DNA of 64,000 nucleotides from Lama glama (Eukaryota), in NCBI GenBank assembly GCA_028534125.1, contig CM052817.1, positions 35,466,001-35,530,000 on the forward strand, written 5' to 3'. The number at the start of each line of letters is the position of its first letter. Within the stretch, counting starts at the first letter, position 1. Below the pieces are notes generated by a model. It was not told where the DNA came from, did not search any database, and saw only the letters and a program-made list of their open reading frames with translations. Of this stretch, positions 48,421 to 60,166 are shown piece by piece. Made by a program: the position numbers and the translations under genes.

Positions 48421-49199
48421 CTCCCTCCTCCCTGGGACCAAGGGTCTGGAGGAGACCCCAGGGAAACTCAGGAGATCATCACCTTCTAGAGTCAGGAATT
48501 ATTTCCACAACGACCCTTCTCCCTTGTCCAGGGCCTCGCTATCTTCATTCCTCTTTCCTCTCCCTTTTCTCCCTGAACTGAATGCTCTTGATGGTCAATG
48601 CAAGCAAGGTCCTCATGGCGAGGCCCTAGAGAAAAAAAACACAGATGGAATGGCTCCAGTGGAAAATGTATGTGTAGATGGGAGTTTTCTTGTTTTTTCC
48701 AACTCTCTTGGCTCTTAACTGTTGGGATTTCACTCAAAGTGGACTTTCTAGCCCTCAGCTGGCCCCTAGGCAAGAGATTTGTGTTCAGTTGTGCATCTCT
48801 CCTGAGCCTGCTGGTGGTCTCCCATGGATGCTTCTGGCTTCCAGGCTCCCACAGCTCTGCCTGTTGGGCTTGAACAGCACCACCATTAGTGGAGAAGGAT
48901 GCCCTGGCACGCTCCGAGGGCATGTTCTGTACAACCTGAGAGAGGGCACACCCTTGGGAAACAGGTTGTTTCACCCCCTGCAAAAACATCTGCACCCTTA
49001 GAGTGCACAGTGTACTAGGGGAGAGGCCTCAGAGAGACCCAGGTCAAGACTTTGTCTGGTCTTGGGATGGATGAAAGGCTTAGACAATGGCAGGAAAGCA
49101 ATGAAACATGTTGAGAGTTTGAAAACCACTCTGAGAGCTAAGATGAACCTTTCATAAGTAGATTGGCTAGTGCCCTGAAGGGAAACAATTCTTCCCATC

Positions 49200-49740
49200 T
49201 TTGGTCAATAAATAGGTACAGAGCACCTACCACAGACTGGACACTGTGTTAGGAGCTGAGATTTGCTGGTGAATAAGAGAAATAAGTTCTCTGCCGTCAT
49301 GGAGCTTACAGTCTAGTGGAGGAAGCAGAAAATAAGTAAGGAAACCATTAAATAAAGAACATTATAGACTAAGAAGTACCAGGGGGCAAACAGTGAGGTG
49401 ACAGCAGGTAGGGGTGGCAGGAGGCCGTTATGCTGCTACTTGAGAGGAGGTGGTCAGAGGTGGCCACACTGAGACAGCGATCTAAGCTGAGACCTGAAAG
49501 ATAACAAGAAGCCAAATCTGTGAAATTCCAGAGGAACAACGTATGCAAAGGCCACAAGGCAGAAAGTGGGTGGCATGTGTGAGGCCCAAAAGGGTCGCCA
49601 CTGTGGCTGGAGGACAGGGAGTGGAGGAGTGGGAAGAGGTTAGGACTCACAAGTCCTGATGGGCTACCATAGAGTCTGGCTTTTATTCTGAGGGGAGTAG
49701 GGAAATCTTTCAAGGTTTAAATGTAGATGGAAAGGATTCT
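49200..49740 (-). mobile_element. L2 fragment
   Basis: gagcacctacc...catggagcttacagtctagtgg...taagctgagacctgaa...ggcttttattctgag. Confidence 0.8.
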
Positions 49741-50624
49741 GAATAGACCTCACCTCAGCTAAGACCTCCCTACACTGACCATTCAACTCCCCCAATTACT
49801 GGGCCCTAGTTTTAAATAAGCCCTTCTCTACCTTCATGCTAAATAGTAGAAATTAGGCTGTCAGAAATTCCAGAGACCCATGAGATTCCTGAAAAGACTG
49901 GGCCATGTTAAGTCAACTTTCATAAGTTTCCATCGCATTGTCTGCTGTTAAGGTGTTGGAATTCAGCGTTAAAGGCCCCATCTGTCTGAGGCCTGACAAA
50001 GCAGAAGAGAAGCACAGAGTGGATCACCAACCTCACTGCATCTGGAAGAAAGATCAACCAGCTGCTCTTTCCATTCAAAGTGCAGATTTCCTTTCCTGCC
50101 TCCTCTTGCTTAACAACTAAAGTTAGGCAACCCACTGAACTGGTGAATGACACATTCACCAAAAATCTATCTGGGCATATTTTCATTATGTGCCAAAGCT
50201 ACAATTAGCTCTAATTAAGCCTCACCCATCTGCTCCCCATTGCCCCACCCCCACCCACAGAGGGCGATCCAACCCACTCCCCACCTGTAACCCAGAAAAA
50301 TAGAAACTGCTTTATGAGAACCTGTGGACCCAGAGCCCTTTTACAGAGTAATCATCTATGTTTTGTTCCCTATAACACTGGCCGGGGCAACGGGGCATGG
50401 AAAACAGGTTGACACCTTGAAGAGATGTGGGGAACGTATCTGTCCCTGCTGGAAAGGTGGGATTCTGGTCCACTTTCCTTCCTACTGAAGGATTGTCTTT
50501 CTTTCATTGCTTAAAGGATTCCTGGCTCCTGCTTGACTTTTTTTTCTTTCATTTGTCCCATGAATATTTACTAAGCAATTAATATACGTTATGCAAAAAT
50601 GTATGAGTCTTTTCTGTAGAGTAG

Positions 50625-50800
50625 AAAGGGTATGAATTCTGAAGATAAAAGGCCTCAGTGTTGAGTCCAGGAGATTTCACTTGCCTGGGGCAAAACATTT
50701 TACCTCCCAAGGTTTTGGTATCTGCTTTGGCAACATAAAGGCTGCTCTGAGGATCATATATAATGATGAGTATGAATGTTCTGTAAAGTGCTTTAAAATG
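50625..50800 (+). mobile_element. MIR fragment
   Basis: ctggggcaaaacattttacctc...ctgtaaagtgcttta. Confidence 0.5.
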
Positions 50801-51699
50801 GTAATTGGTTTTTGAGGATATTGCATTTGTTTTGACAGGGATCTCCTTGTGGTCACTCACAACCTCTAGCCAAAGGAAGCTAAGAGAGGTTAAGCTTCAC
50901 TTGTTCATGCCTCATCCAAGGCCCATTGAGCAGCCCTCACAATGTGTTCCAATGGTTATGTCTTTATAAAGTTTGGAAAATAAAGATATTTCAACAACAA
51001 TGCTCTTAAGATCACCATGTCTTTCCTCTCCGACTTTCTCACCTTCAGTCTTTTCCTACTGAGTAGCGATGAGTGTCCGCAGGCATTTTCGGTATCTGGC
51101 TAAAGAGAAATTGAGTCGAGGATACATAAAGTTTGGATTGACTGGCCTATATTTCTGTGGTTTGTAGTCACTTTCATGTTTGGTTATGTTATTACCAGGC
51201 CTCCTGGTATAGAAGTGGCTTCTAGGAATACTCCTAACCCTACCATGACAGCTCATCTGGCACCATCACTTGAAAGCGCAGAGCCAAGGGGAAATTGTGA
51301 TAAGAGCATGTCCCATAGTACCCAGCACCAGAAATAGATGTTAGTAATGGGGGAGAAATAAGGTTTGGAAAGTAGGGGACCAAAAGCTAGTCTTCAGAAA
51401 GTTCTTACAGTTATCAGATATGTACAGTTGTAAGTGAAAGGCTCAGTTCTCATGGAAACCTACTTAAAAGTTTGCTACTTCCAAAATATACTTGATGGTA
51501 CAGTGTATACAAGTATTAATGCATCACATTTTTTTCTTTTTTGATGGGAATCTTGCAAAATACAATTGATCACAATTCCTAGGTTTATAGGATATATACC
51601 TGGAGCAGTATTATCAATGGCAAGCACATCTCTATATAAGGTTTCATGTTTTATGCATCAGATCAGATCACCTCTTAGCACATCTGATGTTTCTTGTGC

Positions 51700-52198
51700 T
51701 GAAAAGGTCTATTGGTTAATGAAAACAAACAGCATTGCCATAAACACAGCAAAATGGCCTGAAGAAGCAATGTTCCTATATCAAAAGTCCCACACATATT
51801 CATTAATAAGTCAATATAAGTAATATAAAAATAATTTGATTACATAATTATATAGATCAATACAGGAAGCAATTTAAAATTGCTCTTCTGTATGCCTCAA
51901 TTTCAGATTAACTTTATGTGTTTTTTAGAATTACTGAGATATAAAAATGATCCCAAAATTTTATAGAAGCATGTTGGACAGTTAATGAAAAAAAAATTTT
52001 TTTTTTAGATTTGTTGATGTTTGTAATATTTGCCAGCGTTTTTACATTAGAAAATAACTATAATATATTTTTTCATTCTAAGATATTTTTGTGTGTTCTT
52101 TATACCTATTTAGTTTTGTATTTATAATTTCATATTTTTCTAACAAGAGCCCCCAAATTGTATAAGCTTTGGGCACATCAAAGCCTGGATCCACCCTG
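51700..52198. mobile_element. hAT-Tip100-like DNA transposon remnant (AT-rich)
   Basis: Right end gggcacatcaaagcctggatccaccctg typical of Tip100-class termini; the left boundary is uncertain. Confidence 0.4.
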
Positions 52199-52579
52199 CC
52201 TGATTGGTGCAAAATGTTGTTAGTCCACCATGTTATAAACACGAGTCCAGTATCCCTTCCCAACTCACTGCTGCCCCCTTCACCAAGAGCTGTAAGCCCA
52301 GCCATGCACGTTGCAAGTCCCAGGGCCTCCCACCCGGGACAAGAAGTCTCGCCAGAGTCTGTCAATAAAAGATGCTCATTAACAAGTTCCTGAAAGTAAG
52401 GATTGGGGTAGGATGCCCAGAGAGCCTAAGGAAGGAAGAAATCTGCAGAGACTACCAAGGCAAATGCCTCTCAGATAAAAGCCATCCCAAGCCAGCTCAC
52501 AGTGAAGATACTAAAAGATTGTTTATACATCTCACCCTGCACTACTATTTCAAACAACAATAACCATAGGGAAATATCT

Positions 52580-52875
52580 CTGTGGTGGAAAATGCTGGTT
52601 GTCTGCCAAAATCCATCTCCACTTCTTCCATAGACACAGATTTTAGGCCAAACATATGAGCACTCGTGTAGAGATTCCAGTTCCCAGCCTCCTTTTGCAG
52701 ATGGCTGTAGCCATGTGACTGTGTTCATCAATGGTACATGAGCAGGAGAGATGTGTGTAACTCGTGATCGGTTTGCTTTTTAAAAGAAATTGCTCCCCTG
52801 GACTTTCTCCTTTTCCCTCCCTGCCAGCTGGAAAGTGACAGGTCTCACCTTTAAGCATGTAGATGAGAACAAGGC
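52580..52875. mobile_element. MLT1-type LTR fragment
   Basis: ttcccagcctccttttgcagatggctgtagccatgtgactgtgttc. Confidence 0.7.
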
Positions 52876-52883
52876 ACTCAGCC

Positions 52884-53963
52884 CAATGTTCCCAAACTTT
52901 CTAGTGCATAGCACTCTTATATGTCTCAGTAATTTTACCATGGTGTTCCTGGGCCAAAAGAAAGAACAAATAGTTCTGTTTTTTAAATCGCTTTGTCCAA
53001 ACAACCTCATAAGTGCTTGTGTCCTAACCACTTAGTGTCAAGAACTGTAAAGGGTCTGAGATTTTATCCTATTTGTAAACTAATGAGTTAGCCAGCCACA
53101 GTTTCATGGGTGTTGGCAGAAGAAATGAGACTCCTGGGTCAGAGATGAAGGAATGCATTACTCATGCCAGTGGCAATAGTCGGAGTGTCAACATGGGATC
53201 TGGTTTCCTGAGCCCCAGTTCCTATGGGGCTGTGCAAAGAGGGTGATGTGACACCTGCACGTGCCACGGGCTGTGTTACAGGAGAGGAAACCTGAATCAT
53301 AGGTTACTGAGATTTGGCAACCTGAATCTTTGATCATGGGTAGTGAGGCTGCCTGACCTTTGCCCTGGAGGGTGACAATATTTCTACTGTTCTATACAGT
53401 CAGGAGCCCTGTTCTGTGTTCCAGAGAGTCACTATCCCTGTCTCCCAAGCTTCTTAGCTATACAAACTACCTTGAAAAGATTGCCTGGATTAAAGGTGGT
53501 CAGTGCCTCTGCTTCAAACATGCAAAACCATGAGAGATCCATGGGGAACTGTCTCCCAGCATTTAATGGGCATCTGCAACAAATGATATGCGTAAATTGA
53601 AGGGAAAGTGTTTTACCTTTTAACAACTGCAGTCACTTAGTGATGGGATGTGTACACTACAGGATGCTGCACAGCTCCTCAAACCTTGGAATCAGATCGG
53701 ACACCCCATTCCCTGTTCCACACAGATTTGCTTGCTTTTTACCACAGCAGCCACTGAAAACCTAGCTTCCCAAAGATATGAGGTCATCAAAAGGAAAGCC
53801 GTGCTAACATTAAAACTGAACTACCTCAAGCTAGTAGTTTATGTGATGTCTGTTGGATACTGAGGATCACTGTTTTTCCTCAAAAATTTGACACATCCTG
53901 TGGTGGTCCTGCGAGTTCACTGAGGCTCTTTGGGACAACCTGGTGCACAGTTTGGGAGCGGCA
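52884..53963. mobile_element. hAT-Charlie-like DNA transposon containing a nested LTR
   Basis: Inverted ends caatgttcccaaact / agtttgggagcgg. Confidence 0.55.
53046..53561. mobile_element. Old solo LTR (MER-class ERV)
   Basis: Starts tgtaaagggtctgagattttatcc and ends gtctcccagca (TG...CA); no clear TSD. Confidence 0.7.
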
Positions 53964-54151
53964 ATCCTAAGCAACAGTGGGAGAAGCATTGACTCTGAAT
54001 GACTTCGCAGTGTAGTGCGGTCTTGACAGCCTAGACCGATGGTTGTCATATCAGAGAGAAATAAACTTCTATCCTCTTTCAGCCAAATGTGTGGGGAGTT
54101 TTGTTGCAGTAGCATAGCCTTTTTCCTAACGAGTACGAGCTCCTACATAAT

Positions 54152-54290
54152 GGGGGAGGGTGTAGCTCAGTGGTAGAGCATGTGCTTAGCATGCATGAGG
54201 TCTTGGGTTCAATCCCCAGCACCTCCATGAAAAAATAAACAAATCTAATTACCTCCCCCTCCAAAAAAAGTAGAAATAAAAAAGAAAATT
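54152..54290 (+). mobile_element. Vic-1-like tRNA-Ala SINE with a near-intact cloverleaf head
   Basis: 54156-54227 folds as tRNA-Ala(AGC), followed by the SINE tail; TSD-like tcctacataat / tcctacatgat (54141-54151 / 54298-54308). Confidence 0.92.
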
Positions 54291-54938
54291 TTAACTGTCC
54301 TACATGATACTGACTGTGTCTCATAATGTAATATTTGATGACATGTTCTGACATTGTGGAAAAAATGATTTCCTATGTGTGTCTTTTTTCTTCCCAATCT
54401 CAGTCATCACCACAATCAACATTTACTGAGCCCCTGCTATGCCCTGGCACTGGACTGAACAACCTGTCAAAATCCAAGTCCATTTCTATGTTCCTCAGTC
54501 CCCTCAGCTGCAGGCCAGCTGCTCTTGACACTTTAGCCAATTCTAAGCAAGTCCCCTTCCCGTTTAGCAAGATGTCTGGAAGTTGCACTGATGACTTACT
54601 CCCAGGAGTAGGTGGTGTGCCTTCACTGCTGGCTGGGCTTGGATCTAATGCTCAATGAAGAGAACTTGAGTGATCTGAAGTAAAACACTTGGATCAGTCC
54701 TTTTTGGCCAATCTGGTGAGGACTAAGAAACTTCAGACCAAAAGCCAACCTGACACATCCAGCAGGACACAGAGAGTGTATCCAGAAAGAAGCACGTGGG
54801 TGGCAAGATAGAGAGTACTTGTTTTCATTGCCTAGTGCTGAGCTGGCCTACACTGTTGCTGGGGGAGTGAGCACTGGGTGTGTCTGTGAAGAAAGGAACC
54901 AGGAAAGAGAACAGACTCTGGTCTGTCAGAGATCAAAG

Positions 54939-55120
54939 GGGGAAGGAGGAAGGATATAGCTCCGTGGTAGAGCATGTGCTTAGCATGTACGAGATCCTGG
55001 GTTCAATCCCAGTACCTCCATATAAATAAATAAATAAATAATACATACATGCATACTTGCCTCCTCCCACCCCCAAAATAAAAATTAATTAATTAGCTTT
55101 TTAAAAAAAAAAAGAAATTG
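54939..55120 (+). mobile_element. Vic-1-like tRNA-Ala SINE
   Basis: atatagctccgtggtagagcatgtgcttagcatg...gggttcaatccc followed by a (taaa)n tail. Confidence 0.88.
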
Positions 55121-55232
55121 AAGGGAGAAAAGAGCATAAGCATGACTGGGCTGGCCTTGGGTAGAGCTGGGGTAAGCGGGCCCTTTGTCCACTTACTACT
55201 TTGCAACATGGGTCTCTTTCTCTCTCACACGT

Positions 55233-55236
<4 letters not shown>

Positions 55237-55286
<50 letters not shown>
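55237..55286. repeat. Perfect (AC)25 microsatellite
   Basis: Direct reading. Confidence 0.97.
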
Positions 55287-55290
<4 letters not shown>

Positions 55291-55393
55291 CTAGGAATGG
55301 GCCCTGACACCCTCCAGTTCTGCAGCAGCATGGAGAGAGAAGAGAGTACTGAAAGAGTTTCAGTCTTCCCACACTCAAAATGAGGGACATTTT

Positions 55394-55597
55394 TTTTTAA
55401 TTGAAGTACAGTCAGTTACAATGTGTCAATTTCTGGCTTACAGCGCAATGACCCAGACATACATATACATACATATATTCATTTTCATATTCTTTTTCAT
55501 TAAAGTTTACTACAAGATATTGAATATAGTTCCCTGTGCTATACAGAAGAAATTTGCTTTTTATCTATTTTCATATATAGCGGTTAATATCTACAAA
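55394..55597 (-). mobile_element. Short young camelid L1 3' end
   Basis: TSD tcaaaatgagggacatttt (55375-55393 / 55598-55616). Confidence 0.92.
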
Positions 55598-56039
55598 TCA
55601 AAATGAGGGACATTTTAATGTATGTTGATCATTCATAAATTTGACCCAGTAAGAGTCCTAGAATTTGAACAATCCATGCCAGCTTTCTTCTTGAGGGAAG
55701 CACAGGGAAGAGGAGAAAGATGATGGAGAAGGGTGCTTTGCCTCTCTTAAAGTGTATGCTATGTAATACTCCTGGTTTAATTACAGCAGGAAGAGTTCAT
55801 TTACCTACCGATCTTAGACAGGTTGAAATGAAGCAAGATTTTTGGTAAACTCTAAATAAATGGAGAAAATTTGTTTTTGATTTCTGGTTTCAAAATTCAC
55901 TGTTACATGTTATTTTTAGCTAGCAGATTGGCTTAAACTGCTGTTTTATTGAAACACTACTATTATTTAATTAAAAGAAGTATACTCTCAATAAAAAGAA
56001 TCAAGCAGTACAACTCTTAAACAATATGCTGGGTGAAAA

Positions 56040-56670
56040 ATAATATGTTGTTTTGATTTGCACTTCTTTAATGATGAGTGAATTTGAGCATCTCTTCCAA
56101 CGCTGAAAAGCTTTTTCTGTGAACTGCCTATTCATACCCTTCATCCATTTTTTTCTTTCTATGTTGTTGGTATTTTTCTTATTATTTTGTTAGAGTTCAT
56201 TGTATATAAAGGAAATTAGCATTTTGTCTGGCATAATTGTTGTAAGTATTTTTCTAAGATTTTACTTTGTTAAAGGTGTTTTTTCCAGGCAGAAATTTTT
56301 CATAATTTAATATTCTTTTTTATGAATTCAAGGTTACATGTCTTTTTCTCATTCTTGGATTTTAAATAATTTTTCCAATGTTTTCTTCTAATAGTTTATA
56401 GGTTATACTTTTTAGGTTTGCATCTTTTCTCCATTTGAAATTTGTTTCAGTGTAGAGCATTAACTGGAGACTTAGCTTTGTTTTTCTCCAGATAGCCAGC
56501 CAATTTTCACAGCACTATTTACTAAAAAAATCCTTGTTTCTTCTGATTTGAAATGCCACCTTTATCATACCCTAAATTTTCAGTTTTGGGGCTGGTTTCT
56601 GAGTTCCCTTTCCTGAGGCATTGATTTAACAATTCATGGTTCAGTACTGACCTGTTTTAATTAGATAGCA
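56040..56670 (-). mobile_element. Ancient L1M ORF2 remnant
   Basis: gttttgatttgcacttctttaatgatgagtg...tttgaaatgccacctttatcata. Confidence 0.75.
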
Positions 56671-56737
56671 GTTGTATTAAATTAGAAAGACCATACTATT
56701 TGTCTCCTATCAGTTGTACAAAGATAATATCTTACTT

Positions 56738-57100
56738 CTTTATTAAAGTATAGTTGCTGTACAATATTATATAAGTTACAGGTGTACAATATGGTGATTC
56801 ACAATTTTTAAAGGTTATGTTCCATCTATAGTTATTGCAAAATATTGTCTATATTCCCTGTGTTGTACAATATATCCTTATAGTTTATTTTAAACCTAAT
56901 AGTTTGTACCTCTTACTCCCCTGTCCCTGTACTGCCCACCGCCCCCCTCACTGGAAACCACTAGTTTGTTCTCTGTATCTGTGAGTTTTCTTCTTTTTTT
57001 TTTTGTTATATTCACTAGTTTGTTTTATTTTTTAGATTCCACATATAAGTGATAACATACAGTATTTGCCTTTCCCTTCCTGACTTATTTCACTTTAGCT
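56738..57100 (-). mobile_element. L1MA9-like 3' end
   Basis: ttattaaagtatagttgctgtacaatattatataagttacaggtgtacaa...tgacttatttcactttagc. Confidence 0.85.
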
Positions 57101-57169
57101 TACATTTACTGCTGATTTTTTCCCACTGCTTTCAAACCTTAAAATTGATCATTTCAAATTTCTCAACCT

Positions 57170-57390
57170 GAGATATTCAGCTCTATTACTAAGCACTTTA
57201 CAAAATTAGTTCACTTAAAGTGTACAACAACTCAAAGGTAAGTACTACTCTGATCCCATTTTATAGGTAATAGAAATGAGGCACAGAGAGATTATACAGT
57301 TTGCTCAAGGTCACAGCTAGAAAGTGGTGGAGCCATGATTATAACTTAGGTAATTTGGAGCCATAGCTTGTGTTCTTAACTACTGTACTT
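57170..57390 (-). mobile_element. MIR SINE
   Basis: cccattttatag...gaaatgaggcacagagag...ttgctcaaggtcacagctag. Confidence 0.75.
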
Positions 57391-57489
57391 TACAGGCTCT
57401 ATAAAGAAAACACACGAGGAGGGAAGCTGTCAATGTGCACTCTAGGCAAGGATGTAAGAAAAAACACTCTCTTATTAAATATTTAAATT

Positions 57490-57750
57490 GTTAAAAATTT
57501 TCTAGAAAATAATCTGTTGCTATACATTAACATTTTAAATACACATATCTTTTGACAGCAATTCAACTTCTAAGAATTTACCCCAATGATCTAAGAGTTC
57601 AGAGACACAGAGGAGTGTCTATTGGGATGGTCACCACTGCATTGTCTATAATGGTGAAACACTGGAAGTAACTGAAATGTCCATCAAGAGGGGATTGGTT
57701 AAATAAATTATGCTACATCTGTACGATGCAATCAGCAAAAAGGATCATGG
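57490..57750 (+). mobile_element. Ancient L1ME-like fragment
   Basis: tttgacagcaattcaacttctaagaatttacc...aaatgtccatcaagagggg. Confidence 0.65.
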
Positions 57751-58139
57751 GTATCTAAATTCTCAGACATGGAAGTCTCCCAGGTCTACTGTGGAATCAC
57801 TAGTATAAAGCTTCTCTAGTCACAGGGCTGACTTATATGGAGATAAAGTTGGTGGTTGCCTGGTAATGACAAATCTGAGACTCAGAGAAGCTCCCTGCCC
57901 ACCTTCACTTCAAAACACCTCTCCTGCTCATGCTTGATAATCTCCCATACATGCCTTTCAGTTGATCTCTGCTCCTCAACTCCCGCTCCCACACTGCAGT
58001 GATAGTCTAGGAAGGCATTAACCAATCTTCTCTTACTGCCTATCATAAAGGCATGCTTTCCTTTCACAAGACTTGAGACTGGCAGCATGAGAACATCAAA
58101 TATTTTAGTAAGAGCCTAAAACAAAGAGACAAATAGCAT

Positions 58140-58252
58140 GGAGGGTATAGCTCAGTGGTAGAGCGCGTGCTTAGCATGCATGAGATTCTGGGTTCAATCC
58201 CTAGTACCTCCATTAAAAATAATAATAAATAAATCTAATTATCCCCCTCTAA
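58140..58252 (+). mobile_element. Vic-1-like tRNA-Ala SINE
   Basis: gagggtatagctcagtggtagagcgcgtgcttagcatgc...; TSD-like aaagagacaaata / aaagagccaaata. Confidence 0.9.
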
Positions 58253-58498
58253 AAAGAGCCAAATAAAGGCAAAAGGAGGAAAACAGAGATTGCTGAACAC
58301 CTCTGAGGACAATGGAACCTCATCTCATGTGTGAGATTCAGAGGCAAGCATGTTTAGTAAAATGCATAGGGTTAAAATGAATCTTGAAAATTCCTTAAAT
58401 CCGTCAGAAAATACTATATACATAGAGTCATGTATATATTGATGTAAAACATACACCTTGCATATGTGATAAAAATTATAAATAAAAGGAGTATTTCA

Positions 58499-58651
58499 GG
58501 GGGAAGGTATATAGCTCAGGAGCAGAGCACATGCCTGGCATGCATGAGTTCCTGGGTTCAAACTCAAGTACTTCCATTAAAAAAAAAACAACTTGATTCC
58601 CTCCCCCCACCAAAAAAAGGGGGGGGGGGATAAAAACAACAACAACAAAAA
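58499..58651 (+). mobile_element. Vic-1-like tRNA-Ala SINE (diverged)
   Basis: TSD agtatttcagg (58490-58500 / 58652-58662). Confidence 0.88.
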
Positions 58652-58764
58652 AGTATTTCAGGATGTTTAATTATATAAAAGAGGGCAAAGGAGAAAAAAG
58701 GCAAGTATTATTGAATTTACATAAGTTAATCATGTGTGTGATACAGCTCTTATGGTACTTACAT

Positions 58765-58950
58765 AATTTAATACTGTCAGCAACACTGAAAGGCAATCAC
58801 TATTAGCCTCATTTTGTAGAAAAGTAACTTAGGCTCAGAAAGGTTAATTGGTGTTCCCAAAGTCATATAGCTAGTAAATGCCAGAGACAGGACTTGAACC
58901 CAGATGTACCTGCCACCAAGGTCAGTTTTTTCCACTTTACCACACTGCCA
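58765..58950 (-). mobile_element. MIR SINE
   Basis: cctcattttgtag...aggctcagaaaggttaa...gctagtaaatgccagagacaggacttgaaccc. Confidence 0.8.
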
Positions 58951-59226
58951 TGCTTCTTGATCCCTGCCCCAACAAGGTCCAGGAGCCCCTCAATTTATGA
59001 ACTTTCGTCCTAAATTGGCCCTGGTCTTATCTATATGAATGTTAAATATGGATGTTTAACATGGATGTTTAAATGATATGTAATGGACAATATCATGGTG
59101 TCTTTTATAGGGAGACAATGTGAGAAACAGCCTCTTCAACAGACCCAAATTCACATATCACTTCAAAATTAGCATTCAAAACAAAATAAAGCCCTTTTAA
59201 TATTCCTTCTGCGTTTACTATTTCTT

Positions 59227-60166
59227 TCTTTGTATATATATTTTTTTACTGAAGATAGTCATTTTACAATATTGTGTCAATTTCTGATGTACAGCATAAT
59301 ACTTCAGTCATACATGAACATTACATATTCATTTTCATGTTCTTTTTCACCGTCAGTTACTACAAGAGATTGAATATAGTTCCCTGTGCTATACAGTATG
59401 AACTTGTTGTTTATTTTATATATATTTGTTAGTATCTACAAATCTCGAACTCTCTATTTATCACTTCCCACCCCCTCCCCTCGGTCACCATAAGTTTGTT
59501 TCCTATGTCTGTGAGTTTGTTTCTCTTTCATAAATAAGTTTATTTGTGTGCATGTGTGTTTTTCTAGATTCCACATATGGGTGATGTCGTATGGCACTTT
59601 TCTTCTCTCTCTGGCTTACTTCACTTAGAATGACAATCTCCAGGTTCATCCATGTTGCTGCAAATGATATTATTTTATTCTTTTTTATGGCTGGGTACTA
59701 TTCCATTGTATAAATATACCACAACCTCTTTATCCAGTCATCTGTCGATGGACATTTAGGTTGTTTCCATGTCTTGGCTATTGTAAATAGTGCTGCTATG
59801 AACATTGGGGTGCAGGTGTCATCCTGAAGTAGATTTCCTTCTGGATACAAGCCCAGGAGTGGGATTCCTGGGTCATATGGTAAGTCTATTCCTAGTCTTT
59901 TGAGGAATCTCCATACTGTTTTCCATAATGACTCCACCAAACTACATTCCCACCAACAGTGTAGGAGGGTTCCCTTTTCTCCACACCCTCTCCAGCAATT
60001 TATCGTTTGTGGACTCTTGAATTATGGCCATTCTGACTGGTGTGAAGTGATACCTCATTGTAGTTTTGATTTGCATTTCTCTGATTATTAGCAATACTGA
60101 GCATTTTTTCATGTGCCTATTAGCTATTTGTATATCTCCATCAGAGAATTGCATTGTTTCTGTTGA
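59227..60166 (-). mobile_element. Young camelid L1, 5'-truncated (3' UTR plus ORF2 C-terminus)
   Basis: Perfect 14-bp TSD gtttactatttctt (59213-59226 / 60167-60180). Confidence 0.93.
59698..60150 (-). pseudogene. L1 ORF2p C-terminal region remnant (frameshifted)
   Basis: Translations ...[26 protein letters not shown]... and ...[24 protein letters not shown]...CTPMFIAALFTIAKTWKQPKCPSTDDWIK are recognisable L1 ORF2p. Confidence 0.9.

Noticed and set aside
51056..51256. Basic 66-aa ORF (MSCHGRVRS...)
   Set aside because: No recognisable homology and no promoter or poly(A) context.
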